Assembly (NCBI GenBank): GCA_964629805.1
Contig: CAZVTW010000002.1
Span: forward strand, 1 to 45,373
Source of the DNA: an uncultured Bacteroidales bacterium
GTDB taxonomy: Bacteria; Bacteroidota; Bacteroidia; Bacteroidales; CAZVTW01
Length of the DNA stretch: 45,373 bases
Direction of reading: 5' to 3'
How positions within the stretch are numbered: the stretch's first letter is position 1; the number at the start of each line of letters is the position of its first letter. Positions 34,401-42,731 of the stretch are shown in pieces. Made by a program: the position numbers and the translations under genes. The notes below the pieces were generated by a model, which ran no database searches, was not told where the DNA came from, and was given only the letters and a program-made list of their open reading frames with translations.

Positions 34401-35653
34401 ACAAAAAGCGAGGTAATCACATTACTGCTGAGTGAGTTTTTTCTTGCCGGATTATGATTATAGCTTGTAAAACTTTCCTTTTCCGGATCAAACAGGTTAA
34501 GCCCGCCACCATCTGTCCCAATCCAGATTTTATGATTCGTATTCTCGTAAAAACACAAAACTGATTTATGACTCAAGGTGTTTTTAACTCTTCTTTCCTG
34601 GGTAAAATGCTTAAATTGCTTATTATTCCTGTTAAAGATATTCAATCCGCCACCAAAAGTACCGATCCAGATTATATCATGATTGTCTTTATATAAAGCA
34701 TAAATTCCGTCACTTGTCAAACTATTGGGCGTATTGATATTATAAACATAATTTGTGACAGATCCGGAACCCAGGTTCAAAGAATTGATACCGCCACCGT
34801 CTGTGGCTATCCAGTATTCATTATCTGCCACTTCAATAATGTCCTGGATGATGTTGGAGGTCAACTGCGGGTTGGATTCTTCTGAAAAGTGCCTGATTTT
34901 TTTTTCTTTCCGGTTAAACCTGAATAATCCATTTCCTTCAGTGCAAACCCATAAGGTATGTTTTGAGTCTGAGAACAGGGTTTTATTTGTGACCATATCT
35001 TTCACAATATGCTCCTGGAATGGAAAGAATGTATAATTCTTTGATTTCGTGCCAAAACGGTAAATTCCATTCTCGGTTGTGGCTATCCAAAGTGATGTAT
35101 CAGATTCAGACAAAATTGATGAAACATGACTAAAATCACCAATCTCTTTAAAGGTATTATTTCCCGTGTAGAGGTTAAGACCACCGCCAAGAGTGCCAAT
35201 CCAGAGCTGGTGTTGTTCATCAAAGTGAAGGGCTTTAATAAAATTATGCCGGAGAGAATTAGTGTCTCCTTTTATGTGTGTAAATGACTCAAAATAGTTA
35301 TATTTCCTGATGTATTTACTCAATCCGGATTTAGTTCCAATCCACAGCGCTCCATCGTTGTCTTCTATAATGGTGTATATCTTATTTCCAACAATTGAAG
35401 TTGTGTCCTGATGGTTATTTCTGTAGACGGTGAAAGAATAACCATCATACTTATTAAGCCCGTCATTTGTGCCAAACCATAAAAATCCGTATGAGTCTTT
35501 GAAAACACAATTCACAGTATTATTTGATAGACCATGATTTATTGTCAGGTGATCAAAGTTAATACTTGGTTGACTGACAGACACAAAAGGAAAAAGAAAG
35601 GTAAACAAATATATCAGTAATATACCCGGATACTTTTTATCTTTCATAATCAC
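31493..35653 (-). CDS. Hybrid two-component system (HTCS) sensor kinase / response regulator with an AraC-type DNA-binding domain
   Basis: Signal/anchor, many periplasmic propeller repeats (LWIGT..GL..Y type), a Y_Y_Y-like segment ([16 protein letters not shown]), TM ([17 protein letters not shown]), HisKA ([16 protein letters not shown]), HATPase ([18 protein letters not shown]), receiver ([13 protein letters not shown]...[14 protein letters not shown]), and C-terminal HTH_AraC ([26 protein letters not shown]). Confidence 0.95.
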   Translation of the reverse strand: [1386 protein letters not shown]

Positions 35654-35716
35654 AAATTAAACAAACAAATATACCATAAAAATATAATATTTTTGTGGCT
35701 CTTTGCCAAATAAAAC

Positions 35717-37939
35717 CTAATTCGAAAAAGATATTTTTTGACGAAAATGTCCTACACTTATTTCGAAATCTCCCTTCTCAAGCACAGATTGGTTATTTTT
35801 ATCCGGGTATGATAAAACAAATTCCGGGGAAAAGGTAAATTCTATTGTCTTTTCCTCGCCTGGTTTTAAAAATATAATATCAACATGTTTCAGTAGTTTG
35901 ACCGGTCGTGTGATTCTTCCGTAACAATCGGATATAAACCACAGGGCGGTTTCTTTACCATTGAATTGGCCATTGTTTTTGATTGAAACTGATGCTGTAA
36001 TCGATTCCTCAAAAGTGCTTACAATTGTTTTATTTACACGAAAGTTTTTATATTCGAAATCATTATAAGATAAACCATGACCAAAGGGAAACAGCACATC
36101 ATATTGCTCCGAAGTTTTATGATAATAGTTGACATCATATCCCGAATATTTCGGATAAGAAAAACATAATTTTCCTGATGGACATTTTTTTCCCGTGATA
36201 ATATTCATAATGGCTTCAGCACCCCTAATGCCGGGATAGCCTGCAAAAAGCAAAGCATCAGTTTTTTCAGAAAATTCTGTAATGAGCCGTGGTCTGCCTT
36301 CAATCAGTATTACAACTATGGGTTTCGCGGATTCAATGGCCAGATACAATAACTTTTTATCACACTCCCTGAGTTCAAGGTCTGTAATGTTCCCCCTGAA
36401 TTCACTGTATGGCTCCTCTCCAACGGTCAGAACAATACAATCCGCCTCGTTTGCTGACTGCTCAAATCTCCTGGTGTATATCAAGCTACTGTCGTAAACT
36501 CCCATACAGGTGACATTATTTTTACCAAAAAAATCCCAGGCAACCTCAGCAAGCGTATTCATATTTTTGCTGTGTCGTTTATCCTCAGCTCCCATCCATT
36601 CATGAGTCCAGGCACCGTTGAGATTCTTCTTTGAATCTGTGGCAAATCCGGCTAAAAGTATTTTTTTATTTCTCTCGTTTAGCGGGAGTATACCATCATT
36701 TTTTAGCAGTACGATTGATCCCTCTGCAATCTGACGGGCAATATCAAGATATTCCTGACTGCCTATCCCCTGAATGTTTTTTTCTGAAGGATATGGATTG
36801 TCAAATAGTCCCAGTTCATGTTTTAAACGCAGTATTCTTCTGACCGACTCATTGATTCTTGCTTCGGTTATTTTTCCTTCTTCAATCAATTCCAACATAA
36901 TCCTGTTAAATTCAAAACCTTCGCAGGCCATATTGACATCAAAACCAGCATTGATTGCTAATAGTGTGGCCTCTTTCAAATTTTTTGCCCCGGCATGCAT
37001 TTCAACCACTTTTTGAATATCTTTTATGTCAGTGAGTAGCACCCCGTCAAAACCTAACTCTTTGCGCAAAATATCATTTAACAGCCAGTCTGAAGTATGA
37101 ACAGGTTCTCCGTTGACTTCTCCGCTATTAGCCATGATGGTTTTCACACCACTATCAATGGCTTTTTTAAATGGTGGGATAAAAAATTCAAAAAGCTTCT
37201 GTTGTGGAATTTCTGCAGGAGTCCTGTCCCATCCGGAGCGGGGGTCTGAATATCCCACAAAATGCTTTGCGCAGGCAGCCAGTTCGAAAGGCAACGTACT
37301 GTTACAATTCTGAGAACCATTGATAAATGCTGCGCCTAATTCACTGACGAGAAAAGGGTCCTCTCCGAATGTTTCGTAAAAGCGAGGCCAATATGGATTT
37401 CTTGCGAGGCCAAGAACCGGTGCGAAATTCCAGTTTATTCCCAAAACGGCTGTTTCTTTGGTTGTTATCTGAGCTGCTTTTTTCACAAGAGCCGTATCAA
37501 AACTACAACCAAGCAGGATATTATGCGGAAGTATTGTCCCCTCATCAATATAATTTGCGCCATGTATATGATCTATGCCTATGAGCAATGGGATACCCAG
37601 ACGTGTTTTTTTAACGGCAATTTGCTGCATAAGGGTGTTAAATTCGACCCAGTCATTAGCAGAGCCTGTTCCGCTCAAAAATGAACCAACATGATACTTC
37701 CGGATAGCATCAACAAACATGGAGGTATCAAGACTCAATTCCTTATTTTTTCCAAGTGTGATTTTGCTGAAACAGATTTGGGTCATTTGTCCGACTTTCT
37801 CCTCAATGGTCATCTGATTCATTAAACTATCAATAAAATTGCCGGATTTACTTGTACTGATTGTTTGATTACAGGAATTAAATCCTGTCATTAGCAATGT
37901 TAGTATTGCTCCTATTCCCCTTTTAAAAATTATACCCAT
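35717..37939 (-). CDS. GH3 family exo-glycosidase (beta-glucosidase / beta-xylosidase type) lipoprotein
   Basis: Lipobox LMTGFNSCNQ. MTIEEKVGQMTQ, GIPLLIGIDHIHGANY, KHFVGYS, GFDGVLLTDIKD (nucleophile Asp region), C-terminal Fn3-like domain. Confidence 0.9.
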   Translation of the reverse strand: MGIIFKRGIGAILTLLMTGFNSCNQTISTSKSGNFIDSLMNQMTIEEKVGQMTQICFSKITLGKNKELSLDTSMFVDAIRKYHVGSFLSGTGSANDWVEFNTLMQQIAVKKTRLGIPLLIGIDHIHGANYIDEGTILPHNILLGCSFDTALVKKAAQITTKETAVLGINWNFAPVLGLARNPYWPRFYETFGEDPFLVSELGAAFINGSQNCNSTLPFELAACAKHFVGYSDPRSGWDRTPAEIPQQKLFEFFIPPFKKAIDSGVKTIMANSGEVNGEPVHTSDWLLNDILRKELGFDGVLLTDIKDIQKVVEMHAGAKNLKEATLLAINAGFDVNMACEGFEFNRIMLELIEEGKITEARINESVRRILRLKHELGLFDNPYPSEKNIQGIGSQEYLDIARQIAEGSIVLLKNDGILPLNERNKKILLAGFATDSKKNLNGAWTHEWMGAEDKRHSKNMNTLAEVAWDFFGKNNVTCMGVYDSSLIYTRRFEQSANEADCIVLTVGEEPYSEFRGNITDLELRECDKKLLYLAIESAKPIVVILIEGRPRLITEFSEKTDALLFAGYPGIRGAEAIMNIITGKKCPSGKLCFSYPKYSGYDVNYYHKTSEQYDVLFPFGHGLSYNDFEYKNFRVNKTIVSTFEESITASVSIKNNGQFNGKETALWFISDCYGRITRPVKLLKHVDIIFLKPGEEKTIEFTFSPEFVLSYPDKNNQSVLEKGDFEISVGHFRQKISFSN

Positions 37940-38020
37940 GAACAGTAAAGTGTAAAAAATATTAAAATTCTGCCATTTTCGTTATATGTTTGTCTGCTAT
38001 TGTGTAAAGACAATTCAGAC

Positions 38021-38028
38021 CAAAATTA
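38021..38028 (-). promoter_or_regulatory. Candidate -7 box (TAatTTTG on the minus strand) upstream of the GH3-HTCS pair
   Basis: Plus-strand caaaatta at 38021-38028, 82 nt upstream of ATG 37939. Motif match only. Confidence 0.25.
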
Positions 38029-38131
38029 CAGAAAACAAGATGCTGTCTCATGTAAGTTTGTCCCAATAAAACAGGAAAAATTGACCAGGTGATAAAAAAG
38101 AGTCAGAAAATGTCTGTTTCAATGATAACTA

Positions 38132-40387
38132 CTATTTTTTCCTGAAACGGATATTTTTCTTTCCTGTAGCTTTTATGAATATTTCATTGGCATCGAGTAA
38201 TTTGTTTTCAAACCAGGGTTTTGTCAACTGGTATTCGCTTTCATCAATAAGTTTCAATGTAATATCATAGACAGAAGGATTGGATATTTGTATTTCAAAA
38301 GAATGAGGATCATCAGCAAGTATTTTTATGTCAACAAAATCAAATGCAAATACAAAATTTCTTTCAGGAATAACATAAACCCCTGGAATCTCAATATATG
38401 TTAACATCAGCGAAGTTTCACTAAAAGTAGAACCATACATAATTTCACCAATCCCCTCGAACCAGTCTGTCGTACTAACTCTTTCGGACATCCAGCCAAT
38501 ATCCATCCCTTCAATTGGCCTGTCAGGATGTGACATCATCTGTGGCATATGCCTGACAATATCTCTGAGCAGGTCCAGGTAAAAAATATGACCTGTTGCC
38601 CGGTATAGCCGCAAAAGGGCAACTCCTGAATGCGTGCAAATACCGGGAGCGCCATGTTTGTTTTGCGTATTCGCAAAAACAGTTCCGCGGGTCTTAATAT
38701 GAAGTTTGCCCAATAGGCTGTCTTCCGGAAATTCATAATTGTATGACATCACCCAGCTTGAAAACTGGACAGCCATCTCTTCTGCCATATTCAACCATTG
38801 TTTATCCTGTGTCTGCTCATATAAAACACAGAATGATTCGAGCATGGCATAAGCCGATTCACTGTCAGGATTTTGAAGTGCATCTCCTACTCCACCAGTT
38901 GTAAAACCTTTCCTAACAAAGTTTTCATAAAAATAAGCAGCAGAAGCTTTTGCCACATCCAAATATTTTTTTTCATCAAAATAAACAGAAGCGTAAACCA
39001 GAGCTGCCGGAGCCAGGGCTGCACTTGTTGAGCCTCCGACGGTAATCTCTCCGGAGATACTGTCTGTGTAATTCCCAAATTGCCCCCATGTTTCCCAGAC
39101 ATGGACGAAAGTATCAGCAACTTTTTTTGTTCCTGAAACCCAGTTTATCTCCGGTTTTTTCCCGTTTTTCTCCATGAGCCAAAATTGCTTGATGATATAA
39201 TACAGGGCATCAGCGCTTTTCCTGATAAGATGCCAGTTTTTTGTGTGAGCTTTTCTGATATCCCCGCCATACCAATATGTTTGGTTTTCATCTGACTCAG
39301 CACAATCGTAAAAAAAACCGGAAGGACTGATTCCACCTGAAAATAACCAGTCAAAATTTTTCAAAACACGATTTTTTGTATCCTGCTGTCCCTCAAAAAG
39401 AAGGGGATAAGTTGAGATCATGCCCCCTGTCCAGCCGATTTGCCAGTCCTGCAAAAATATCTCCCGCATACCCACGGCATAATACCCATGAGGTTCAACA
39501 AAGTTTTGCCTGTTAAATTTGCTCTCCTGGATGTAAAACAATGAGGAAACAGGAAAGACAACCGGAATATCTTCATATTTGACCATTACGTTTCTCAAAT
39601 CAATTAATTGCTTAAACAGTTCCTGCACTGAAGTGGTTGGGTAAGTGTAAATCCTTACTTTCAATGAAATGGTTTCTCCTGATTTCACATCCAAAGGGGT
39701 ATCATCAGAAGGGAATTGATTATCAGCGATATGGTATTTATATAATTCTCTCACCAAAGGCATTCCTACTGTGAAAATGGCCTGGCTTCTGTCCCTGTTT
39801 TCTATGATGTTATATCCGTAATCGCCATAATTGGTTGCCTGTTCAGTCAGTAGCCAGAAACTCCTTTTTTTCTCAGGATCAAAAAAACCAACAGCCGGAG
39901 TTGTCATGCTGCCTGAACGTTCCTGAATACTTGAAGGACCCTCGTGAATATTCAGTCGTGGAACATCTGAAATAATCAGTGGTTTGTTGGGACCAATGTC
40001 ACGGGAATCTAACAACTTTGGGGAATATGCAATCTTTCTTGATTCAAAACGATTGCCATTATATACTGCTCCGGGCATTAAAACATAGTGATCTTCTGAC
40101 CAGGCTGTCACATCAATATCAAGACAACAATTAATACTTTTTACCTGTCCGCTTATTAATTTAAAATCAACGATAATCTCAAAAAAACTATCCTGTAACT
40201 CTTTGATGTTGAATGCTATCTCCCATGCTCCGCCAAATGCGTTTAAGTTGATTTGATCAGTATCACTTCCGGGTCTGACCCGATATTGTTCTTTTATTTT
40301 GTTATAATAATCATAATCAAAGCGGTTTATTCTGAGGTGAGGTACACATTGATGTTTTTCCAGAAATTGCAGATGTTTACTTTCCAT
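38132..40387 (-). CDS. Cytoplasmic (signal-less) 751-aa protein of unknown family. Beta-rich N-half and a helical, possibly six-hairpin-like, C-half.
   Basis: N-terminus MESKHLQFLEKHQCVPHLRINRFDY has no hydrophobic leader. The C-half contains repeated amphipathic helices (AALAPAALVYASVYFDEKKYLDVAKASAAYFYENF, SAYAMLESFCVLYEQTQDKQWLNMAEEMAVQFSSW, GVALLRLYRATGHIFYLDLLRDIV). Divergent from kduI. Confidence 0.7.
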   Translation of the reverse strand: MESKHLQFLEKHQCVPHLRINRFDYDYYNKIKEQYRVRPGSDTDQINLNAFGGAWEIAFNIKELQDSFFEIIVDFKLISGQVKSINCCLDIDVTAWSEDHYVLMPGAVYNGNRFESRKIAYSPKLLDSRDIGPNKPLIISDVPRLNIHEGPSSIQERSGSMTTPAVGFFDPEKKRSFWLLTEQATNYGDYGYNIIENRDRSQAIFTVGMPLVRELYKYHIADNQFPSDDTPLDVKSGETISLKVRIYTYPTTSVQELFKQLIDLRNVMVKYEDIPVVFPVSSLFYIQESKFNRQNFVEPHGYYAVGMREIFLQDWQIGWTGGMISTYPLLFEGQQDTKNRVLKNFDWLFSGGISPSGFFYDCAESDENQTYWYGGDIRKAHTKNWHLIRKSADALYYIIKQFWLMEKNGKKPEINWVSGTKKVADTFVHVWETWGQFGNYTDSISGEITVGGSTSAALAPAALVYASVYFDEKKYLDVAKASAAYFYENFVRKGFTTGGVGDALQNPDSESAYAMLESFCVLYEQTQDKQWLNMAEEMAVQFSSWVMSYNYEFPEDSLLGKLHIKTRGTVFANTQNKHGAPGICTHSGVALLRLYRATGHIFYLDLLRDIVRHMPQMMSHPDRPIEGMDIGWMSERVSTTDWFEGIGEIMYGSTFSETSLMLTYIEIPGVYVIPERNFVFAFDFVDIKILADDPHSFEIQISNPSVYDITLKLIDESEYQLTKPWFENKLLDANEIFIKATGKKNIRFRKK

Positions 40388-40566
40388 GGTTATTATTCTT
40401 TTTGTAAATATTTTCTGTATAACAAAAGAATCATTATTAATCCCGCCTTATGTGTATATCTGTTTCATTATGCAGTGACATTTGTTTCTTTTTGAACCGG
40501 GGTGTTTAAAATTACTCATAATAGTACTAAATTCGCATTAAACAACCGGAAAAAAATATAGATATT

Positions 40567-41400
40567 ATGGAAATAAAAGAAGAAATACGGTATGCAAGTC
40601 ATCCAGGGGATGCAAAAAATTATGATACGACAAGAATACGGGAAGAATTTCTTGTTAAAGAATTGTTCGTAAAGAATGAAGTTAATCTGACCTATTCATT
40701 TGAAGACAGGATGATCATTGGCGGTCTTATGCCGGTTGAAAATCTCCTTGAGTTAAAACCTATGGATATTCAAAAGGCAGAATTTTTTCTGCAGCGTCGC
40801 GAAATGGGCATCATCAATGTTGGAGAGACAGGTAAAATAATCGCGGATGAACAGGAATACACCCTGAATTACAAAGATGCCCTGTATATAGGCAAAGGAA
40901 CAAAATCAATAAAATTCTTTAGTGAGGAACAGGATAAACCGGCAAAATTTTATATAAATTCAGCTCTAGCCCATACATCCTTTCCAAGCAAAAAAGTACC
41001 CCGAAAAAATGCTAATCCTGTTTATCTGGGTGACCAGGAGCATTCAAACAAAAGGGTGCTGAATCAGTATATTGTTCCCGGTATTGTTGATACCTGCCAG
41101 TTAATGCTTGGAATTACAAAGGTATATTCAGGAAACGTATGGAACACCATGCCTTGTCATTTACATCCATTAAGGATGGAGGCTTATTTTTATTTCGAAA
41201 TAGATGAAGGACAAGCTGTGATGCACCTGATGGGCAGACCTGATGAGACACGACATATATGGGTGCATAACGAGCAGGCTGTCATATCGCCATCCTGGTC
41301 AATACATTCTGCCAGCGGAACAGTTAACTATTCATTCATATGGGGAATGTCAGGTTCTGACAGTGATATGGATGGTGTTAGCATACAGGAATTAATGTAA
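40567..41400 (+). CDS. kduI: 5-dehydro-4-deoxy-D-glucuronate isomerase (4-deoxy-L-threo-5-hexosulose-uronate ketol-isomerase)
   Basis: Matches recalled E. coli KduI along its length: ...REEFLV..., DRMIIGG(L/I)MP, FFLQRREMGIINVG, AKFYINSALAHTSFPSKKV, WNTMPCHLHPLRMEAYFYF, ETRHIWVHNEQAVISPSWSIHS, FIWGM. Confidence 0.95.
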   Translation: MEIKEEIRYASHPGDAKNYDTTRIREEFLVKELFVKNEVNLTYSFEDRMIIGGLMPVENLLELKPMDIQKAEFFLQRREMGIINVGETGKIIADEQEYTLNYKDALYIGKGTKSIKFFSEEQDKPAKFYINSALAHTSFPSKKVPRKNANPVYLGDQEHSNKRVLNQYIVPGIVDTCQLMLGITKVYSGNVWNTMPCHLHPLRMEAYFYFEIDEGQAVMHLMGRPDETRHIWVHNEQAVISPSWSIHSASGTVNYSFIWGMSGSDSDMDGVSIQELM

Positions 41401-41419
41401 TATATTCAAATACCGGCAC

Positions 41420-42649
41420 ATGGATAAAATACCTTTTGTTTACACAGAAGAAAACGATGGAACACCCGTTGATAAAAAGGAAACAGAAAATACAATCAGA
41501 CTGATAGCTGACAGAATACTTAAGAACACGAGTTATCAATTCATTGACAGAAACACAAATGCTACATACCGGGAAACTGATAATATGCCCGTTGCTGATA
41601 ACATCGTATTAGAAAGCGGATACAATGACTGGAAATACTGGAATGGCGTGATTCACCTGGCCATGATGCAAATCGGCCAAACATTCAGTGATCAGAAATA
41701 CATTGATTACGTCAGAGAAAATTACAGATTTGCCTTTAAACATCTCGATTATTTCAGAAAGCTCTATGATGAAGAAATATACAATGCAAATTTTCACCAG
41801 TTTTTTCGTTTAGACAGACTCGATGACTTTGGAGCAATGGCTTCCGGCCTGCTTGAAGTTTTAAAGTATGAATCAAATCCGCAGTATACTGATTACATTG
41901 AAAAAGTTGCAAATTATATCCTCAAAAAACAGGACAGACTTGAGGACGGCATTTTTTGCCGGAATCGTTTCGGAAAAACAACGCTATGGGCTGATGATCT
42001 GTATATGAGTGTTCCGTTTCTTGCCAGGATGTGGAAAAAAACCGGGAATGAAACATTTCTTAGAGATGCAGTCAACCAGGTAAAGCTTTTTAACGAACAC
42101 CTGTACAATGAAAAGAACGGTTTATTTTATCACTGCTGGTACAAAGAGCTTAACCAGCACGGTGTAGCTTTCTGGGGAAGGGCAAATGGCTGGGTCATCA
42201 TGGGACAAACCGAATTAATGAATTTTTTACCGGATGATCATCCTGATCGCGAAATGCTTTCTGAGCTATTATTCAGCCAGATAGTTGGCATATCAAGATA
42301 CCAGTCTGCCAATGGCCTCTGGCGTCAACTTCTTGATAAAACGGACTCTTTCCATGAAACGTCATCAACTGCAATGTTTGTATATGGCATAGCAAAAGCT
42401 GTGAATGAAGGCTGGATAGATGATATTTACTCATCCGTTGCCATAAATGGCTGGAAAAGGCTTGTCAAAAATGTGACCGGCAAAGGGGAATTATTGAATG
42501 TATCTACCGGATTTAATATCAGGCAGGATTTGCCTTATTATTATAACCGCCCTATAGAAAAAGGCGGGGACCATGGTGTTGGGGCACTTTTACTTGCAGG
42601 AACTGAAATCTATAAAATGAAAGAATATCGTAATTGCGTGTGGTGTTGA
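41420..42649 (+). CDS. GH105 unsaturated rhamnogalacturonyl/uronyl hydrolase (YteR/YesR-like, Glyco_hydro_88 fold), no signal peptide
   Basis: WKYWNGVIHLAMMQ, LWADDLYMSVPFLARMW, FWGRANGWVIMG, SSTAMFVYGIAKAV. N-terminus MDKIPFVYTEENDGTPVDKKE is hydrophilic. Confidence 0.9.
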   Translation: MDKIPFVYTEENDGTPVDKKETENTIRLIADRILKNTSYQFIDRNTNATYRETDNMPVADNIVLESGYNDWKYWNGVIHLAMMQIGQTFSDQKYIDYVRENYRFAFKHLDYFRKLYDEEIYNANFHQFFRLDRLDDFGAMASGLLEVLKYESNPQYTDYIEKVANYILKKQDRLEDGIFCRNRFGKTTLWADDLYMSVPFLARMWKKTGNETFLRDAVNQVKLFNEHLYNEKNGLFYHCWYKELNQHGVAFWGRANGWVIMGQTELMNFLPDDHPDREMLSELLFSQIVGISRYQSANGLWRQLLDKTDSFHETSSTAMFVYGIAKAVNEGWIDDIYSSVAINGWKRLVKNVTGKGELLNVSTGFNIRQDLPYYYNRPIEKGGDHGVGALLLAGTEIYKMKEYRNCVWC

Positions 42650-42731
42650 AACGTTTTGAGTACTTGGAATTATTGAGAATAAGATAATTGTATGATTTAG
42701 ATTTATTCCTTTTACAATATAAAAAATAAAC

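Noticed and set aside
35666-35673. TAtaTTTG-type box (minus strand) only 13 nt upstream of the HTCS start codon
   Set aside because: It is an exact motif match, but it leaves essentially no 5' leader. The HTCS is more simply co-transcribed with the upstream GH3, or uses a promoter I cannot see.
40253-40495. 80-aa plus-strand ORF in the divergent kduI control region
   Set aside because: Its first half is antisense to the 751-aa gene and the rest is intergenic. The hydrophobic, low-complexity translation is typical of AT-rich non-coding DNA.
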